DNA of 41,244 nucleotides, from assembly GCA_011364925.1 (NCBI GenBank), contig RDOA01000030.1:1-41244 (forward strand), in the 5' to 3' direction. Position numbers and translations under genes: made by a program. Position 1 is the stretch's first letter. The number at the start of each line of letters is the position of its first letter. Below, one piece after another: positions 28,045 through 38,624 of the stretch. The notes below the pieces were generated by a model. The model searched no databases. It was not told where the DNA came from and saw nothing but the letters and a program-made list of their open reading frames with translations. Source of the stretch: Promethearchaeota archaeon. GTDB taxonomy: Archaea > Asgardarchaeota > Lokiarchaeia > Sigyniarchaeales > SOKP01.

Positions 28045-29289
28045 GTGGTAGAAAGACTAAATTTAGATAATTCTAATCGAATCTATGAAGAAGCATTGGA
28101 TTTAATCCCTGGAGCTATATTAGGCATAAGGCGACCCTATAATTTTGTTGTTGGGGAGTATCCTATTTTTTTTGAGAGCGCAAAGGGAGGGAAAGTTATC
28201 GATGTTGATGGTAACGAATACTTGGATATGCTATGTGCCTATGGTCCTATTATCATTGGACATAGGGAAGAAGAAATAGATAACGCTGTCATTGAGCAAA
28301 TTAAAAACAAGGGATTTTGTATGTCCCTTACTCAACAGATTCAAAATAAATTAGCTAAAAAATTGAGAGAATTGATTCCTTGTTGCGAGAAGATGGTCTT
28401 TGTTAAAACTGGTTCTGATGCTACAACGGTTGGAATTCGCGTTGCTCGCGGCTACACAAAACGGACGAAAGTATTACGGTGTGGGTATCATGGGTGGCAT
28501 TCTTGGTGTGTTGAGAATAAAGGGGGTATTCCTGAAAAACTCTACGAAGATGTCTATGAGTTTGAATACAATAATCTTGAAAAAGTAACTGAAATGATGC
28601 GAGAATTTGGCAACGAAGTAGCTGCTATAATTATTACTCCTATTAATCATCCAGGAGCTCACGAAGTAGAGATGCCGAAACCTGGGTTTCTGGAAGGGCT
28701 CCGAAAATTAGCTGATACTTATGGTTCTGTGTTGATTTTTGACGAAATTCGCACAGGTTTCAGAGTTAATCTTGGAGGCGCTCAAAAAGAGTTAGGTGTT
28801 ATTCCTGACTTGGGTGCTTTCGGTAAAGCTATGGCTAACGGGTATTCTATAAGTTTTCTTGGAGGAAAAAAGGAAATTATGGACATTTTAGTTGAGGAAG
28901 TATTTCTAAGTTCAACATTCTTTCCAAATAGTTTACCACAAGTAGCTGCACTTAAAACCATCGAAATCATGGAACGGGAAGATGTTTTAGGAAGTATTCG
29001 CGCAAAAGGTAGTCAGTTTGCTAAAAGTGTTATCGATATTATTAAGGATAGCGGGGTCCCTTGCACCTTTTCAGGTGGACCTTGGATGCCATATATAACA
29101 TTTGACGCTGATCCCAACTTTTTATATAGAGAACTGAGAGAGGAATTTTATAGACAACTAATTCGACGGAAAATTTTCCTTCAGCCGTATCATCACGGTT
29201 ACATCTGCTATAGACACACAGAAGAAGATTTAGAAAATGCAATAAATATGATTAGTGAATCTCTAAAGGAATGTAAAAAATTAATGTAG
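28045..29289 (+). CDS. kat: Class III aminotransferase, 3-aminobutyryl-CoA aminotransferase-like
   Basis: GIRRPYNFVVGEYPIFF, YLDMLCAYGPIIIG, KNKGFC, FDEIRTGFR, FGKAMANG; resembles recalled Cloacimonas Kat; adjacent to kce. Confidence 0.8.
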   Translation: MVERLNLDNSNRIYEEALDLIPGAILGIRRPYNFVVGEYPIFFESAKGGKVIDVDGNEYLDMLCAYGPIIIGHREEEIDNAVIEQIKNKGFCMSLTQQIQNKLAKKLRELIPCCEKMVFVKTGSDATTVGIRVARGYTKRTKVLRCGYHGWHSWCVENKGGIPEKLYEDVYEFEYNNLEKVTEMMREFGNEVAAIIITPINHPGAHEVEMPKPGFLEGLRKLADTYGSVLIFDEIRTGFRVNLGGAQKELGVIPDLGAFGKAMANGYSISFLGGKKEIMDILVEEVFLSSTFFPNSLPQVAALKTIEIMEREDVLGSIRAKGSQFAKSVIDIIKDSGVPCTFSGGPWMPYITFDADPNFLYRELREEFYRQLIRRKIFLQPYHHGYICYRHTEEDLENAINMISESLKECKKLM

Positions 29290-29300
29290 AACTATTATTT

Positions 29301-30140
29301 TTGATTGTTGTCATGGGAAAATTAATTATAACCGCTGCAATATGTGGCGCTGAAGTAACGAAAGAACATAATCCTAATGTGCCTTACACAGTTAGAGAGA
29401 TAGGTATTGAAGCAGAAAAAGCGTTTCTAGCTGGTGCTAGCATTATTCATCTACATGTGAGGGAGGATAATGGAAAGCCTACTCAAGAATTAAAGAGATT
29501 TCAAGCATGCGTAAACGAAATCAAAAAGAGGTCTCCTGATCTTATCGTTCTCCCTTCGACAGGAGGTGCCATCGGGATGAGTAATGAAGAGAGATTACAG
29601 CCATTATTTATAAATCCAACTCCCGAAATGGCTACATTGGATATGGGAACCATGAATTTTGGTGGTGATGATATTTTTGTTAATACAGAAAATACCATTA
29701 TATCTTTCGCAAAAGAGATGAATTCACGGGGAATTAAACCAGAACTTGAGTGTTTTGATAAAGGGATGATCGATATGACGCTAAGATTGCAAAAAAAAAG
29801 GTATCTTAAAGAACCTATGCACTTTAACTTCATGATGGGAGTTGTAGGAGGAATGGCTGCGACTCCACAGAATTTACTTTTCTTAGTAAACAGCATTCCA
29901 AAGGGATCAACATTCTGCGTAGGTGGTATTGGTAAACACGAGTTTCCAATGGTTTCAATGTCAATAGCTCTTGGAGGACACGCTCGAGTAGGTTTTGAAG
30001 ATAATATATACCTTTCAAAAGGATTTTTAGCTAAATCGAATAGCGAACTTGTAGAAAAAGTCGTAAAGATTTCACAAGAATTTGGAAGAGATATTGCTTC
30101 CCCCTATGAAGCAAGATTTATTTTAGGATTAAAGAGTTGA
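29301..30140 (+). CDS. kce: 3-keto-5-aminohexanoate cleavage enzyme (BKACE family); start probably ATG 29313
   Basis: KLIITAAICGAEVTKEHNPNVPYT, IIHLHVR, STGGA, PEMATL, HARVGFEDN. Confidence 0.92.
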   Translation: MIVVMGKLIITAAICGAEVTKEHNPNVPYTVREIGIEAEKAFLAGASIIHLHVREDNGKPTQELKRFQACVNEIKKRSPDLIVLPSTGGAIGMSNEERLQPLFINPTPEMATLDMGTMNFGGDDIFVNTENTIISFAKEMNSRGIKPELECFDKGMIDMTLRLQKKRYLKEPMHFNFMMGVVGGMAATPQNLLFLVNSIPKGSTFCVGGIGKHEFPMVSMSIALGGHARVGFEDNIYLSKGFLAKSNSELVEKVVKISQEFGRDIASPYEARFILGLKS

Positions 30141-30167
30141 AAAACAAAAGTTAAAGGAAGTAAAATT

Positions 30168-30875
30168 ATGTATAAAGAATTAGCCAAATATTACGATTTA
30201 ATTTATCATTGGAAGGATTACGAGGCTGAAGCTAACGCAGTTAAAGAATTGATTGAAAAATACAATAGATCTGACGGAAAAGATCTCCTTGATGTAGGGT
30301 GCGGCACGGGAGCGCATTTAAAATACTTTAGAAAAGATTTTTCTTGTATGGGCATCGATATCAACAACGAAATGGTAGAGGTCGCTAAAGGTAAATTCAA
30401 TAATGTAGTTTTTAAACAAGGCGATATGATAGACTTCAATTTGGAAAAGGTATTCGATGTAGTCCTATGTTTATTTAGCTCAATTGGGTATGTAAAAACT
30501 TATTCTAATTTAGAAAAAACCTTCTTAAACTTCGCAAACCATCTAAAAAAAGGTGGAGTTCTAATTGTAGAACCATGGTTTACAAAATCTACGTTCTGGG
30601 CTGGTAAGCCAGGAATGACAACTTACGATGGTGATGATGTTAAAATTGCAAGACTCAATACTACAAAAGTACAAGGAGATTTGTCAATAATGGAAATGCA
30701 TTACCTAATTGCCGAGTGGGAAGAAAATATTAAGCATTTTGTTGATATCCATGAATTAGGGTTGTTTGAAACTGACAAAACTCTTGAACTTATGGCTAAA
30801 GCTAGCCTAATATCTGAATTTCTCAGAGATGGATTGATGAAAGATAGAGGTTTGTTTATTGGAGTAAAGATGTAA
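30168..30875 (+). CDS. Class I SAM-dependent methyltransferase
   Basis: YYDLIY..KDY..E, LLDVGCGTG, CLFSSIGY, LIVEPW. Confidence 0.92.
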   Translation: MYKELAKYYDLIYHWKDYEAEANAVKELIEKYNRSDGKDLLDVGCGTGAHLKYFRKDFSCMGIDINNEMVEVAKGKFNNVVFKQGDMIDFNLEKVFDVVLCLFSSIGYVKTYSNLEKTFLNFANHLKKGGVLIVEPWFTKSTFWAGKPGMTTYDGDDVKIARLNTTKVQGDLSIMEMHYLIAEWEENIKHFVDIHELGLFETDKTLELMAKASLISEFLRDGLMKDRGLFIGVKM

Positions 30876-30950
30876 ATAGCAAGACAATTTTTTTTTCAAA
30901 TATTCTTTTTTGATAAATCTTTAAATAGTTGAACATCATTTCATAAATTC

Positions 30951-32504
30951 ATGACTGGCAAAAATAAATATGGTTTAATTGTCGTTGGTGGTGGCATCAC
31001 TGGGTTAAGTAGTGCTCTAACATGGGCGCTAAACCACGATGTTAAAGAAGAACCCGTTTTGTTAATTGAGAAAGAGCCTAAAACTGGAGGGTATGTTACT
31101 TCTTATGAACGAGAAGGATTTTTATTCGACACATGCCAAATGATTCCAAATATTTCGGATATTCTTAGCTATCTAGGCATCGAGATTGAATTGAAAAAGT
31201 TCAAAGGATATTATATGAGAATCTTCTTGGTAAATCCCGAAACAGATGAAATTAAAGTTCTTGAGCTTCCTTCAGGTGTAGACACATTCAAAAAGCAATT
31301 AATGGCGTTATATCCTAATAATGCAGCGGAGATCGAGAAGTTCTTAGATTACTCTCGAGAGATGTATCTTGAGCTTTTTGATTTGAAGCTGGAACCGACT
31401 GCTAAAGAAATCATGAAAACGCTGAAGAATTGTCCTAAAATTGTTGCTAACTCGTCGAAAACGTTCAAAAAGTATTTTGAGAAGTTCAACATTACAGAAC
31501 CAGATGTTGAAGAAATTTTCAATGTTTTTGCTGAATTTAGCGCGCTTCCCGCGGAACAAGTAGCTGCAATAGTTCCTATTTCTGCCATGAATTCCTTGTT
31601 AGATGGGGCTTTTAGGCCCAAAGATGGATTTGTTGAATTTTCCAAGAAAATTGAGAAGAAATATCAAGATTTAGGTGGAGAATTGCTATTAAAAACTGAG
31701 GTTGAGAAAATTCTGGTGGATGATGGAGAGGTAGAAGGCGTTCAACTAAAAGACGGTGAGAAACTATATTCAGATTATATAATTACTACAGTAGATCCTA
31801 TGGTAGCAATGAAATCGATGGTAGGATTAGATAAAATTAGAGCACTCGATAAAAAATTCGCTAAAAAAGTAGAGGAAGTAAAAATGTCTACATCTTCCAT
31901 GAACCTCAGCATCGGTTTAGACGATGAAATAGATTTAGATGCATTGGGTATGGATTGCGGATATAACGTAATAACTACTGGGGGAGACACATATGATCGC
32001 TTATTTGATGCATATGAAGAGGGAGAAATAGGTTTTACTGACAAACGATTCCACTTAGGGGTCGTATGTCCTTCCCTAACCACAGGAGGAAAGCCAAACT
32101 TAACTGTTAGAATTTCACCAATGGCTTTAGCTGATTGGTTGGAGTTAAGGAAAAACGATCCAGAAAAATATAAAGAACGGAAACAAAATTGGGCTGATTT
32201 TTTCATTGATAAAATTGAGAAATACTTAATCCCTGATTTGAGGAAACACATTAAAGTCGTAGATATTTCCACACCTGCTACATACGCACGCTATTCCGGT
32301 TCTCCCACGGGATCAGTTTACGACATGGCTCCTTATCCAGATAATTTTGGTAGAACGAGATTAAAAATGAGAACTCCAATTAAGGGATTATTTCAACCAA
32401 AATTCGTTCATGGCGTATTCGGATGTTTGCTCGCTGGGATGCAAGCGAACGATATGATTCTTGACAGAAAAATTATGGATGGAAACGCGAGATATAAACC
32501 TTAA
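30951..32504 (+). CDS. FAD-dependent oxidoreductase, phytoene desaturase/retinol saturase superfamily
   Basis: VVGGGITGL, EKEPKTGGY...REGFLFD, STPATYARYSGSPTGSVY, TPIKGLF. Confidence 0.85.
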   Translation: MTGKNKYGLIVVGGGITGLSSALTWALNHDVKEEPVLLIEKEPKTGGYVTSYEREGFLFDTCQMIPNISDILSYLGIEIELKKFKGYYMRIFLVNPETDEIKVLELPSGVDTFKKQLMALYPNNAAEIEKFLDYSREMYLELFDLKLEPTAKEIMKTLKNCPKIVANSSKTFKKYFEKFNITEPDVEEIFNVFAEFSALPAEQVAAIVPISAMNSLLDGAFRPKDGFVEFSKKIEKKYQDLGGELLLKTEVEKILVDDGEVEGVQLKDGEKLYSDYIITTVDPMVAMKSMVGLDKIRALDKKFAKKVEEVKMSTSSMNLSIGLDDEIDLDALGMDCGYNVITTGGDTYDRLFDAYEEGEIGFTDKRFHLGVVCPSLTTGGKPNLTVRISPMALADWLELRKNDPEKYKERKQNWADFFIDKIEKYLIPDLRKHIKVVDISTPATYARYSGSPTGSVYDMAPYPDNFGRTRLKMRTPIKGLFQPKFVHGVFGCLLAGMQANDMILDRKIMDGNARYKP

Positions 32505-32528
32505 TCCTATTTTTTTTTATTCTATTTT

Positions 32529-33359
32529 TTAACCGATAATAGCATAAGCGTTACTCAGCACGATTGCTCTATCTGTCTTTACTTGGATGATGTATTTTCC
32601 GTTAACTTTCCATCCCTCAGTAGTTAAAGATTCACCGGGATACACTACATTTGTAAATCGAACTTTGAATTCTTTAAAGCGTGAAATGTCTCCGTCGCAT
32701 ACGCTATATAAAATTGCTCTTGTAGCAAACCCATAAGTGCATAATCCGTGTAAAATTGGTTTTTCTTGACCTCCAAAACGAGCAGCCTTAGGGTCTATAT
32801 GCAGAGGATTTAAATCCCCGCTTAGGCGATATAATGCGGCTTGATTTTCTGCTGTTTTATAGGTAACACTAAAGTCTGGTGACCTGTCCTCTGGCGGAGT
32901 TATTGGTTCTGTTTTAGGTCCACGTTCTCCTCCAAATCCTCCAGCTCCTAAGTAAAAAAATGAGGATTCAATTTCGAATAATGGGGATCTATCGTTTGAA
33001 AGACCTGTAGTTTTTACATTAATTACTGCTGCTTTTATTTTATCATAAATACTTGTAACTTCGCTAAAACAAATAACCTCTCCTTGTGGGTTAAATGGTT
33101 TATATAATCGGACTAATTCTTCTCCGTGAATAAATTTAGGAAAGCTTATGTTACCCAAATGAGGGAAGACACTATACCTAAGAACCGTTGCATAACTTGG
33201 AAATACTTTAAGACCCCCTGAAGCCCCTTCGTAAATGAACGAAAGCTCTGAGGTTTGAGCCCCAATTCCTAATGCGTAAAGAATAACATCCTTACTGTTA
33301 TATTTTAATATTTTTTCTGGATTTTTTTTTCCCACGACACTAAAATCTAATCCCGACAT
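32529..33359 (-). CDS. MaoC-family (R)-enoyl-CoA hydratase 2-like double hot-dog protein
   Basis: DVILYALGIGA, IHGEE, hydratase-2 motif LYRLSGDLNPLHIDP...PILHGLCTYG. Confidence 0.92.
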   Translation of the reverse strand: MSGLDFSVVGKKNPEKILKYNSKDVILYALGIGAQTSELSFIYEGASGGLKVFPSYATVLRYSVFPHLGNISFPKFIHGEELVRLYKPFNPQGEVICFSEVTSIYDKIKAAVINVKTTGLSNDRSPLFEIESSFFYLGAGGFGGERGPKTEPITPPEDRSPDFSVTYKTAENQAALYRLSGDLNPLHIDPKAARFGGQEKPILHGLCTYGFATRAILYSVCDGDISRFKEFKVRFTNVVYPGESLTTEGWKVNGKYIIQVKTDRAIVLSNAYAIIG

Positions 33360-33423
33360 TTTATATCAGTATAATATTTGGTTTACGAGTTTAAAAATGT
33401 TCTCAATCTCAATTAGAATCCAA

Positions 33424-34926
33424 TTAAATCCTTACTAGAATATCATGAGTGTTCATATAATCCTTTAAGTCTTTAATTTTCAAAAGATTATAATGGAATA
33501 ATGAAGCTGCTAGAACTGCTTCAGCTCCGTTATTGATAGCTTCAATGAAATGGTCTTTATTACCAGCCCCACCAGACGCAATTACGGGTACAGAAACTCT
33601 ATCTGTTATAGCTCGAATCAGGTCAAGATCATATCCTTGACTTGTTCCGTCTCTATCCATACTTGTTACTAACAGCTCTCCCGCTCCTTTTTCAACAACT
33701 AATTTTGCCCATTCTAACACATCGAGACCAGTGGGTTTAGTACCACTATGTGAATATACTTCCCACGATTGACCCTTTTTCTTTGCGTCAATTGCGACGA
33801 CGATGCACTGAGCTCCGAATTTATTCGCTCCTTTAGTTATTAAATTTGGATCTTCTATCGCCGCTGAATTTATACTCACTTTTTCAGCTCCAGCTTTGAT
33901 TATTGCTGTCATGTCCTCGATTGTTTTAATTCCTCCACCAACTGTAAGTGGAATGTATACTTCTTCGGCAACGGAACGAATCGTATTGAGCATACTTTTT
34001 CGTCCTTCTAATGTAGCCGATATGTCTAAAAAAACTAACTCATCTGCGCCACTCTCGTTGTAATATTGAGCAAGTTCAACTGGGTCTCCACTATCTCGTA
34101 ATTCTTTGAACTTTATCCCTTTAACAACTCTTCCATTTTTCACATCAAGACAAGGGATAATCCGTCGTACTAAATGAGAACCATGAAGCTTATCTAGGAA
34201 CGAGCTTAATGTTTCAATTGCAATACTTCCATCATATAATGCTTTCCCTACTATTACTCCATCTGAAAAATTTAGCGCATCTTCTACATCTTTTATGTTT
34301 GATATTCCACCAGACGCAATAATTCTAGTGTTGATATTCTTTTTCTCCCTCAATTCCAAATAAAGCTCTGTATTTAAACCAGAAGAGGTACCATCTCTCA
34401 TTATGTCAGTAACAATGAAATCGCGTATTCCTACGTTTTCCAGTTTAGAAAGCGCGTCAAAAACGTTTAGATTTGTATCATACTGCCATCCTTTAGTACG
34501 AACTGTTTTATTGGAGGAATCTAAAGCAATTGCAATTTTCCTTCCATACTTTTTCGATAAATCTTCCAAAAGGTTATTATCCTCAAAAGCAACAGTACCT
34601 AGTATTATTCGGTCGGCTCCCTGAATTAACAACTCATCTATCACATCAACGCTTCGGATGCCACCACCAATCTGTAACTTGATTCCGGCTTTTTTTGACA
34701 AATTAAGTAAGTTTAAAATTTTAGAATAGCTAGCATTGTTCCGATAATCTCCTGTCAATGCTCCGTCTAGGTTGATAATGTGAACCCACAAAGCACCAGC
34801 TTCTATGAAGTGTCCTAAAATAGCTACTGGATCGTCAGAATATGTGGTTTGTTTTAAATAGTCCCCCTGAATAAGTCTAACAACTCGTCCTTCCCTTATA
34901 TCAATAGCAGGTATTACAGTTTTCAT
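33424..34926 (-). CDS. hisAF: Fused HisA-HisF (ProFAR isomerase plus IGP synthase cyclase subunit)
   Basis: N-half has VIPAIDIREGRVVRLIQG (HisA); C-half has RRIIPCLDVKNGRVVKG, DELVFLDISA, LVTSMDRDGT, VLAASLFH (HisF); single 500-aa ORF. Confidence 0.93.
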   Translation of the reverse strand: MKTVIPAIDIREGRVVRLIQGDYLKQTTYSDDPVAILGHFIEAGALWVHIINLDGALTGDYRNNASYSKILNLLNLSKKAGIKLQIGGGIRSVDVIDELLIQGADRIILGTVAFEDNNLLEDLSKKYGRKIAIALDSSNKTVRTKGWQYDTNLNVFDALSKLENVGIRDFIVTDIMRDGTSSGLNTELYLELREKKNINTRIIASGGISNIKDVEDALNFSDGVIVGKALYDGSIAIETLSSFLDKLHGSHLVRRIIPCLDVKNGRVVKGIKFKELRDSGDPVELAQYYNESGADELVFLDISATLEGRKSMLNTIRSVAEEVYIPLTVGGGIKTIEDMTAIIKAGAEKVSINSAAIEDPNLITKGANKFGAQCIVVAIDAKKKGQSWEVYSHSGTKPTGLDVLEWAKLVVEKGAGELLVTSMDRDGTSQGYDLDLIRAITDRVSVPVIASGGAGNKDHFIEAINNGAEAVLAASLFHYNLLKIKDLKDYMNTHDILVRI

Positions 34927-34931
34927 ATTTC

Positions 34932-35558
34932 TTACACCTTATCTTTTAGCGATTCAACCCAATATTTCAAGATACTTTCTCCTAATGTTTTACTTTTCTC
35001 TGGGTGGAACTGGATTGCTAAGATCGTTCCGTACTTAAAAATAACTCCAAATTTAATCCCATGTAAGGTAAATGCAATCATAGAAGTTTTATCAGCCGCG
35101 TCACAGTAGTATGTGTGGTTAAAGTAAGCAAATCCCGAAAAGTATGGCTCTTTTATAGAAATGACGCGGTTCCAACCTGTGTGTGGCACTCGAATCATAC
35201 CAGTAAAGCTCAATTTTTTCACGCTTCCCGGAATAATTCCTAATCCCTCAAAACCTGGGCTTTCTTCTGATTTGCTAAATAATAGTTGTAAACCTAAACA
35301 GATTCCTAAAGTTGGAGTTTTAGGAATAATCTGTTTTAACAGTTCAAAAAGATCTTTTTTCCTTAGTTCTTGAACTGCGTCTCCAAAAGCGCCTACACCT
35401 GGTAAAACAATCCCTAATGCTCCTTTGATTTTATGTTTTTCATTAGAGATTATCACATCAGGGTAAAACCGTTGTAAAGACCGTTGAACAGAACGTAAAT
35501 TCCCACTTCCATAATCGATTATTGTGATCATTAGTAAATCCTTTAACTGATCGAACAA
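34932..35558 (-). CDS. hisH: IGP synthase glutaminase subunit (start probably ATG 35531)
   Basis: IIDYGSGNLRSV, LPGVGAFG, GICLGLQ, PHTGWN, QFHPEKS. Confidence 0.95.
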   Translation of the reverse strand: MFDQLKDLLMITIIDYGSGNLRSVQRSLQRFYPDVIISNEKHKIKGALGIVLPGVGAFGDAVQELRKKDLFELLKQIIPKTPTLGICLGLQLLFSKSEESPGFEGLGIIPGSVKKLSFTGMIRVPHTGWNRVISIKEPYFSGFAYFNHTYYCDAADKTSMIAFTLHGIKFGVIFKYGTILAIQFHPEKSKTLGESILKYWVESLKDKV

Positions 35559-35570
35559 ATATTTAATTTC

Positions 35571-36215
35571 TTATAATGTTCCCTTAGTAGATGGAACACT
35601 GTTTCGTCGTTTAGGGTTAAACCTAGATGCCATATCCAGAGAAGAGCCAAGAGCCTTAAAAACAGACTCTGCTATGTGATGATCGTCTTTTCCAGAAAGT
35701 ACCTTAACATGAAGTGTTATACCGGCGTGGACTGCAAATGTTTGTAAAAAATGTTCTACTAAGGTAAGTGGTATTAACTCGTCTTGAACTTTCCCTAAAT
35801 ATGTACCAGTCCAAGGGATATCGATACTTGAATATGGTCGGTTTGAAAAATCAACAACTACTAAGGCAAGGGCGTCATCCATCGGTACATACGAAAAACC
35901 AATGCGAGTTATTCCAGTTTTATCTCCAATTGCTTGTTTGAAAGCCGCACCTAGTACTATTCCCACATCTTCTATGGTATGATGAGTATCAACATGTAAA
36001 TCCCCTTGAGCCTTTACTTCAATATCAAATGTCCCATGAACAGCGATATGATCTAACATATGGTCCAAAAATCCAACACCCGTATTTATATTAGAATTTC
36101 CAGAACCATCGATATTCAACAAAACTCTAACATTTGTTTCTTTAGTTGTTCTTTCTTGAGTAGACTTGCGATCCATTTTAATTTCCACCTTTGAAAAATA
36201 ATTTGATTTTATCAA
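35571..36215 (-). CDS. hisB: Imidazoleglycerol-phosphate dehydratase (start probably ATG 36176)
   Basis: RTTKET, FLDHML, DTHHTIED, DDHHIAE, PSTKGTL; no phosphatase domain. Confidence 0.95.
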   Translation of the reverse strand: MIKSNYFSKVEIKMDRKSTQERTTKETNVRVLLNIDGSGNSNINTGVGFLDHMLDHIAVHGTFDIEVKAQGDLHVDTHHTIEDVGIVLGAAFKQAIGDKTGITRIGFSYVPMDDALALVVVDFSNRPYSSIDIPWTGTYLGKVQDELIPLTLVEHFLQTFAVHAGITLHVKVLSGKDDHHIAESVFKALGSSLDMASRFNPKRRNSVPSTKGTL

Positions 36216-37302
36216 TAACTTTTTCCATATTTTCTTGTAGACCGATGCTAATCCTTAGATTATTAACCATATCCTGTGATGAATAATAACGTACAAGAAT
36301 CCCTTTCGAATATAAATATTCGTAAAGGCTTTTTGCTACTTCTGGAGTTTCAAATGTGAGTAAAATATAGCAAGCTTCACTCCGATGAATCCAGAATGCT
36401 TTATTTTGATTTTGAATTAATTTAAGTTGATTAATAAACCATTCTCTTGTTTTTTTAATTTCAATTATTCGTTTCTCCACTAAATGACTTGATAAGGCTG
36501 CTATCGCCGCTTTTTGTCCAGCAATATTAACATTGTAAGGCTGTTTGATCGACACTAAGACTTTTCGGATATCGTTTGGTATTATCCCGTACCCCACGCG
36601 TAGCCCACCTAAACCATAAGCCTTGCTAAATGTTCGAAGAACAACAATATTATCGTATTGAGGGATCCAATTAGCTAAACTCTGATAATTTGAGAATTCT
36701 ATGTACGCTTCGTCAACAATCAATAATATTGGGAGAGAAACTAAGGACTCAACAAACTTTTCAGATAAAACTGTTCCATCAGGGTTATTTGGACGAGCGA
36801 TAAAAACTATTTTTGCATGTTTGGCTGCATCTAAAAATTTAGCCTCGTCGAGGATATAGCGAGCAAAAGATTCATCTTTAACTAGCTGCATGGGAACGGT
36901 TACGTGCTTAATTCCGTAGACTTGAGATAAAAACGAAATCATACCAAAAGTGGGAGAAACGGAGAGTATTGAATCATAGGGATTTGCGTAAGCTTTAATG
37001 AGCAATTCAATCAACTCGTCAGATCCAGAACCTACAATAATGTTGTTGGCAATCAAATTCTCTTTAATTGCTATACTCTGAATTAAGATTGAACATAAGG
37101 GATCTGGATAGAAATTAATTCTCTTGAGAGAACTTAACGCATTCAATACTTCTGGCAATGGTTCATAAGGGTTTTCATTTCCGTCAAGTTTAATAATATT
37201 CGAAGTAGGAATCTGTAATTCTTCGGCAATTGCTTCTAAAGGTTTCACTCCGCTATAACTTTTGATTGAAGCTAAACGGTCTACGATTTTAATTTTCGTC
37301 AT
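36178..37302 (-). CDS. hisC: Histidinol-phosphate aminotransferase
   Basis: KLDGNENP, YPDP, GSDELI, PNNPDG, DEAYIEF, RTFSKAYGLGGLRVGY. Confidence 0.95.
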   Translation of the reverse strand: MTKIKIVDRLASIKSYSGVKPLEAIAEELQIPTSNIIKLDGNENPYEPLPEVLNALSSLKRINFYPDPLCSILIQSIAIKENLIANNIIVGSGSDELIELLIKAYANPYDSILSVSPTFGMISFLSQVYGIKHVTVPMQLVKDESFARYILDEAKFLDAAKHAKIVFIARPNNPDGTVLSEKFVESLVSLPILLIVDEAYIEFSNYQSLANWIPQYDNIVVLRTFSKAYGLGGLRVGYGIIPNDIRKVLVSIKQPYNVNIAGQKAAIAALSSHLVEKRIIEIKKTREWFINQLKLIQNQNKAFWIHRSEACYILLTFETPEVAKSLYEYLYSKGILVRYYSSQDMVNNLRISIGLQENMEKVIDKIKLFFKGGN

Positions 37303-38624
37303 TTAGCTCTCCTCCTTGCAGCCTCTGAATGAGCTTGAAGTTCTTCATTACAAGCTAATATTTCAGCTAATGGTGCAATCGATTTTACCGTCTTCCTGTC
37401 CAGTGATATAAGACTTGTGATTTTGATGAAATCTAAAACTGAAAGTGGTGATGAAAATTTTGCCGCACCACCTGTTGGCATTACATGACTTGGTCCAGCG
37501 ATATAATCCCCCAATACTTCGCAAGAAGATTCACCTAAGAAAATGCCCCCTGAATTTTTAATAAGCGGTAATAATTGTTTGGGATTCTTAGTTACAATAG
37601 ACAAGTGTTCTGGTGCGAAATTGTTAATCACAGATATCGCTCTCTCAGTGTTAGGAACTACTATAATACCTCCATTATTTTTTATCGCGTGTTCTGCGAT
37701 TTTGGAACGAGGTAAATCGAGAATTTGTTCCTCTATTGATGTCTTGACCTTATTTGCAAGATCTTGGCTTGTTGTCATTATTATCGGAATTGCTAAATAA
37801 TCGTGTTCAGCTTGAGCAAGCAAATCAGAAGCAATCAATTCTGGATTTGCAGACTCGTCAGCGAAAATTACAGCTTCTGTTGGACCGGCTATACCGTCAA
37901 TTCCAACGATGCCAAAAACCTCTCGCTTAGCTAAAGTCACGAAAATATTCCCTGGACCAATGATTTTATTAACTCTTGGAACTGATTCGGTACCATATGC
38001 AAGTGCCGCAATTGCTTGGACACCACCAATTTGTAAAACCCTGATTTTAGCATGCAGAGCGCGCATTATATTACACGTTGCTAAAATTATAGAAGAAATT
38101 GGAGGTGGACTTACTATCACTATTTCTTCAACTCCCGCAACAATCGCGGGAGAAACACTGTGGATGACGGTTGATGGAAGAGGAGCAGATCCTCCCGGTA
38201 TGTAAAAACCCACTCGCCGAATAGGATTAATAATTTGACCTAAAGATCCTCCTAATTCTTCTGTGGTCCAAGACGACAAAGGTTGCTTTCTGTGAAATGC
38301 TATTATTCTATCTCTAGCACTGATTAATGCTTCCTTTACCTCATCATCTATAGACTTCAAGGCAGATTCCAATAACTCCGATTTGACTTCAATGTTGTCG
38401 CCAATATTGAATTTATCTAGTTTCCAAGTCCATTCAATAAGAGCACGATCTCCTTTTTCAATAACATCGTTAATAATTTTCCTGACAACTTCTAGAGGAG
38501 TTAAAAGTTCTCCAAATAGTTCAACAATCCGTTTGTTTATTTGAGGTGGAAGAGATACATCTACGATTGGTTTGCGTATCAGTATAGATTTCTCAGCTTC
38601 TTCGACAGTGTAGATTGGAATCAT
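37299..38624 (-). CDS. hisD: Histidinol dehydrogenase
   Basis: YIPGG, GPGNIFV, AGPTE, LLAQAEHD, APEHL, GDYIAGPSHVMPT. Confidence 0.96.
   Translation of the reverse strand: MIPIYTVEEAEKSILIRKPIVDVSLPPQINKRIVELFGELLTPLEVVRKIINDVIEKGDRALIEWTWKLDKFNIGDNIEVKSELLESALKSIDDEVKEALISARDRIIAFHRKQPLSSWTTEELGGSLGQIINPIRRVGFYIPGGSAPLPSTVIHSVSPAIVAGVEEIVIVSPPPISSIILATCNIMRALHAKIRVLQIGGVQAIAALAYGTESVPRVNKIIGPGNIFVTLAKREVFGIVGIDGIAGPTEAVIFADESANPELIASDLLAQAEHDYLAIPIIMTTSQDLANKVKTSIEEQILDLPRSKIAEHAIKNNGGIIVVPNTERAISVINNFAPEHLSIVTKNPKQLLPLIKNSGGIFLGESSCEVLGDYIAGPSHVMPTGGAAKFSSPLSVLDFIKITSLISLDRKTVKSIAPLAEILACNEELQAHSEAARRRAK

Noticed and set aside
28045-29289. Glutamate-1-semialdehyde aminomutase (hemL)
   Set aside because: Lacks the GGVNSPVR signature and has GIRRPYNF instead; kce and kdd context favours Kat.
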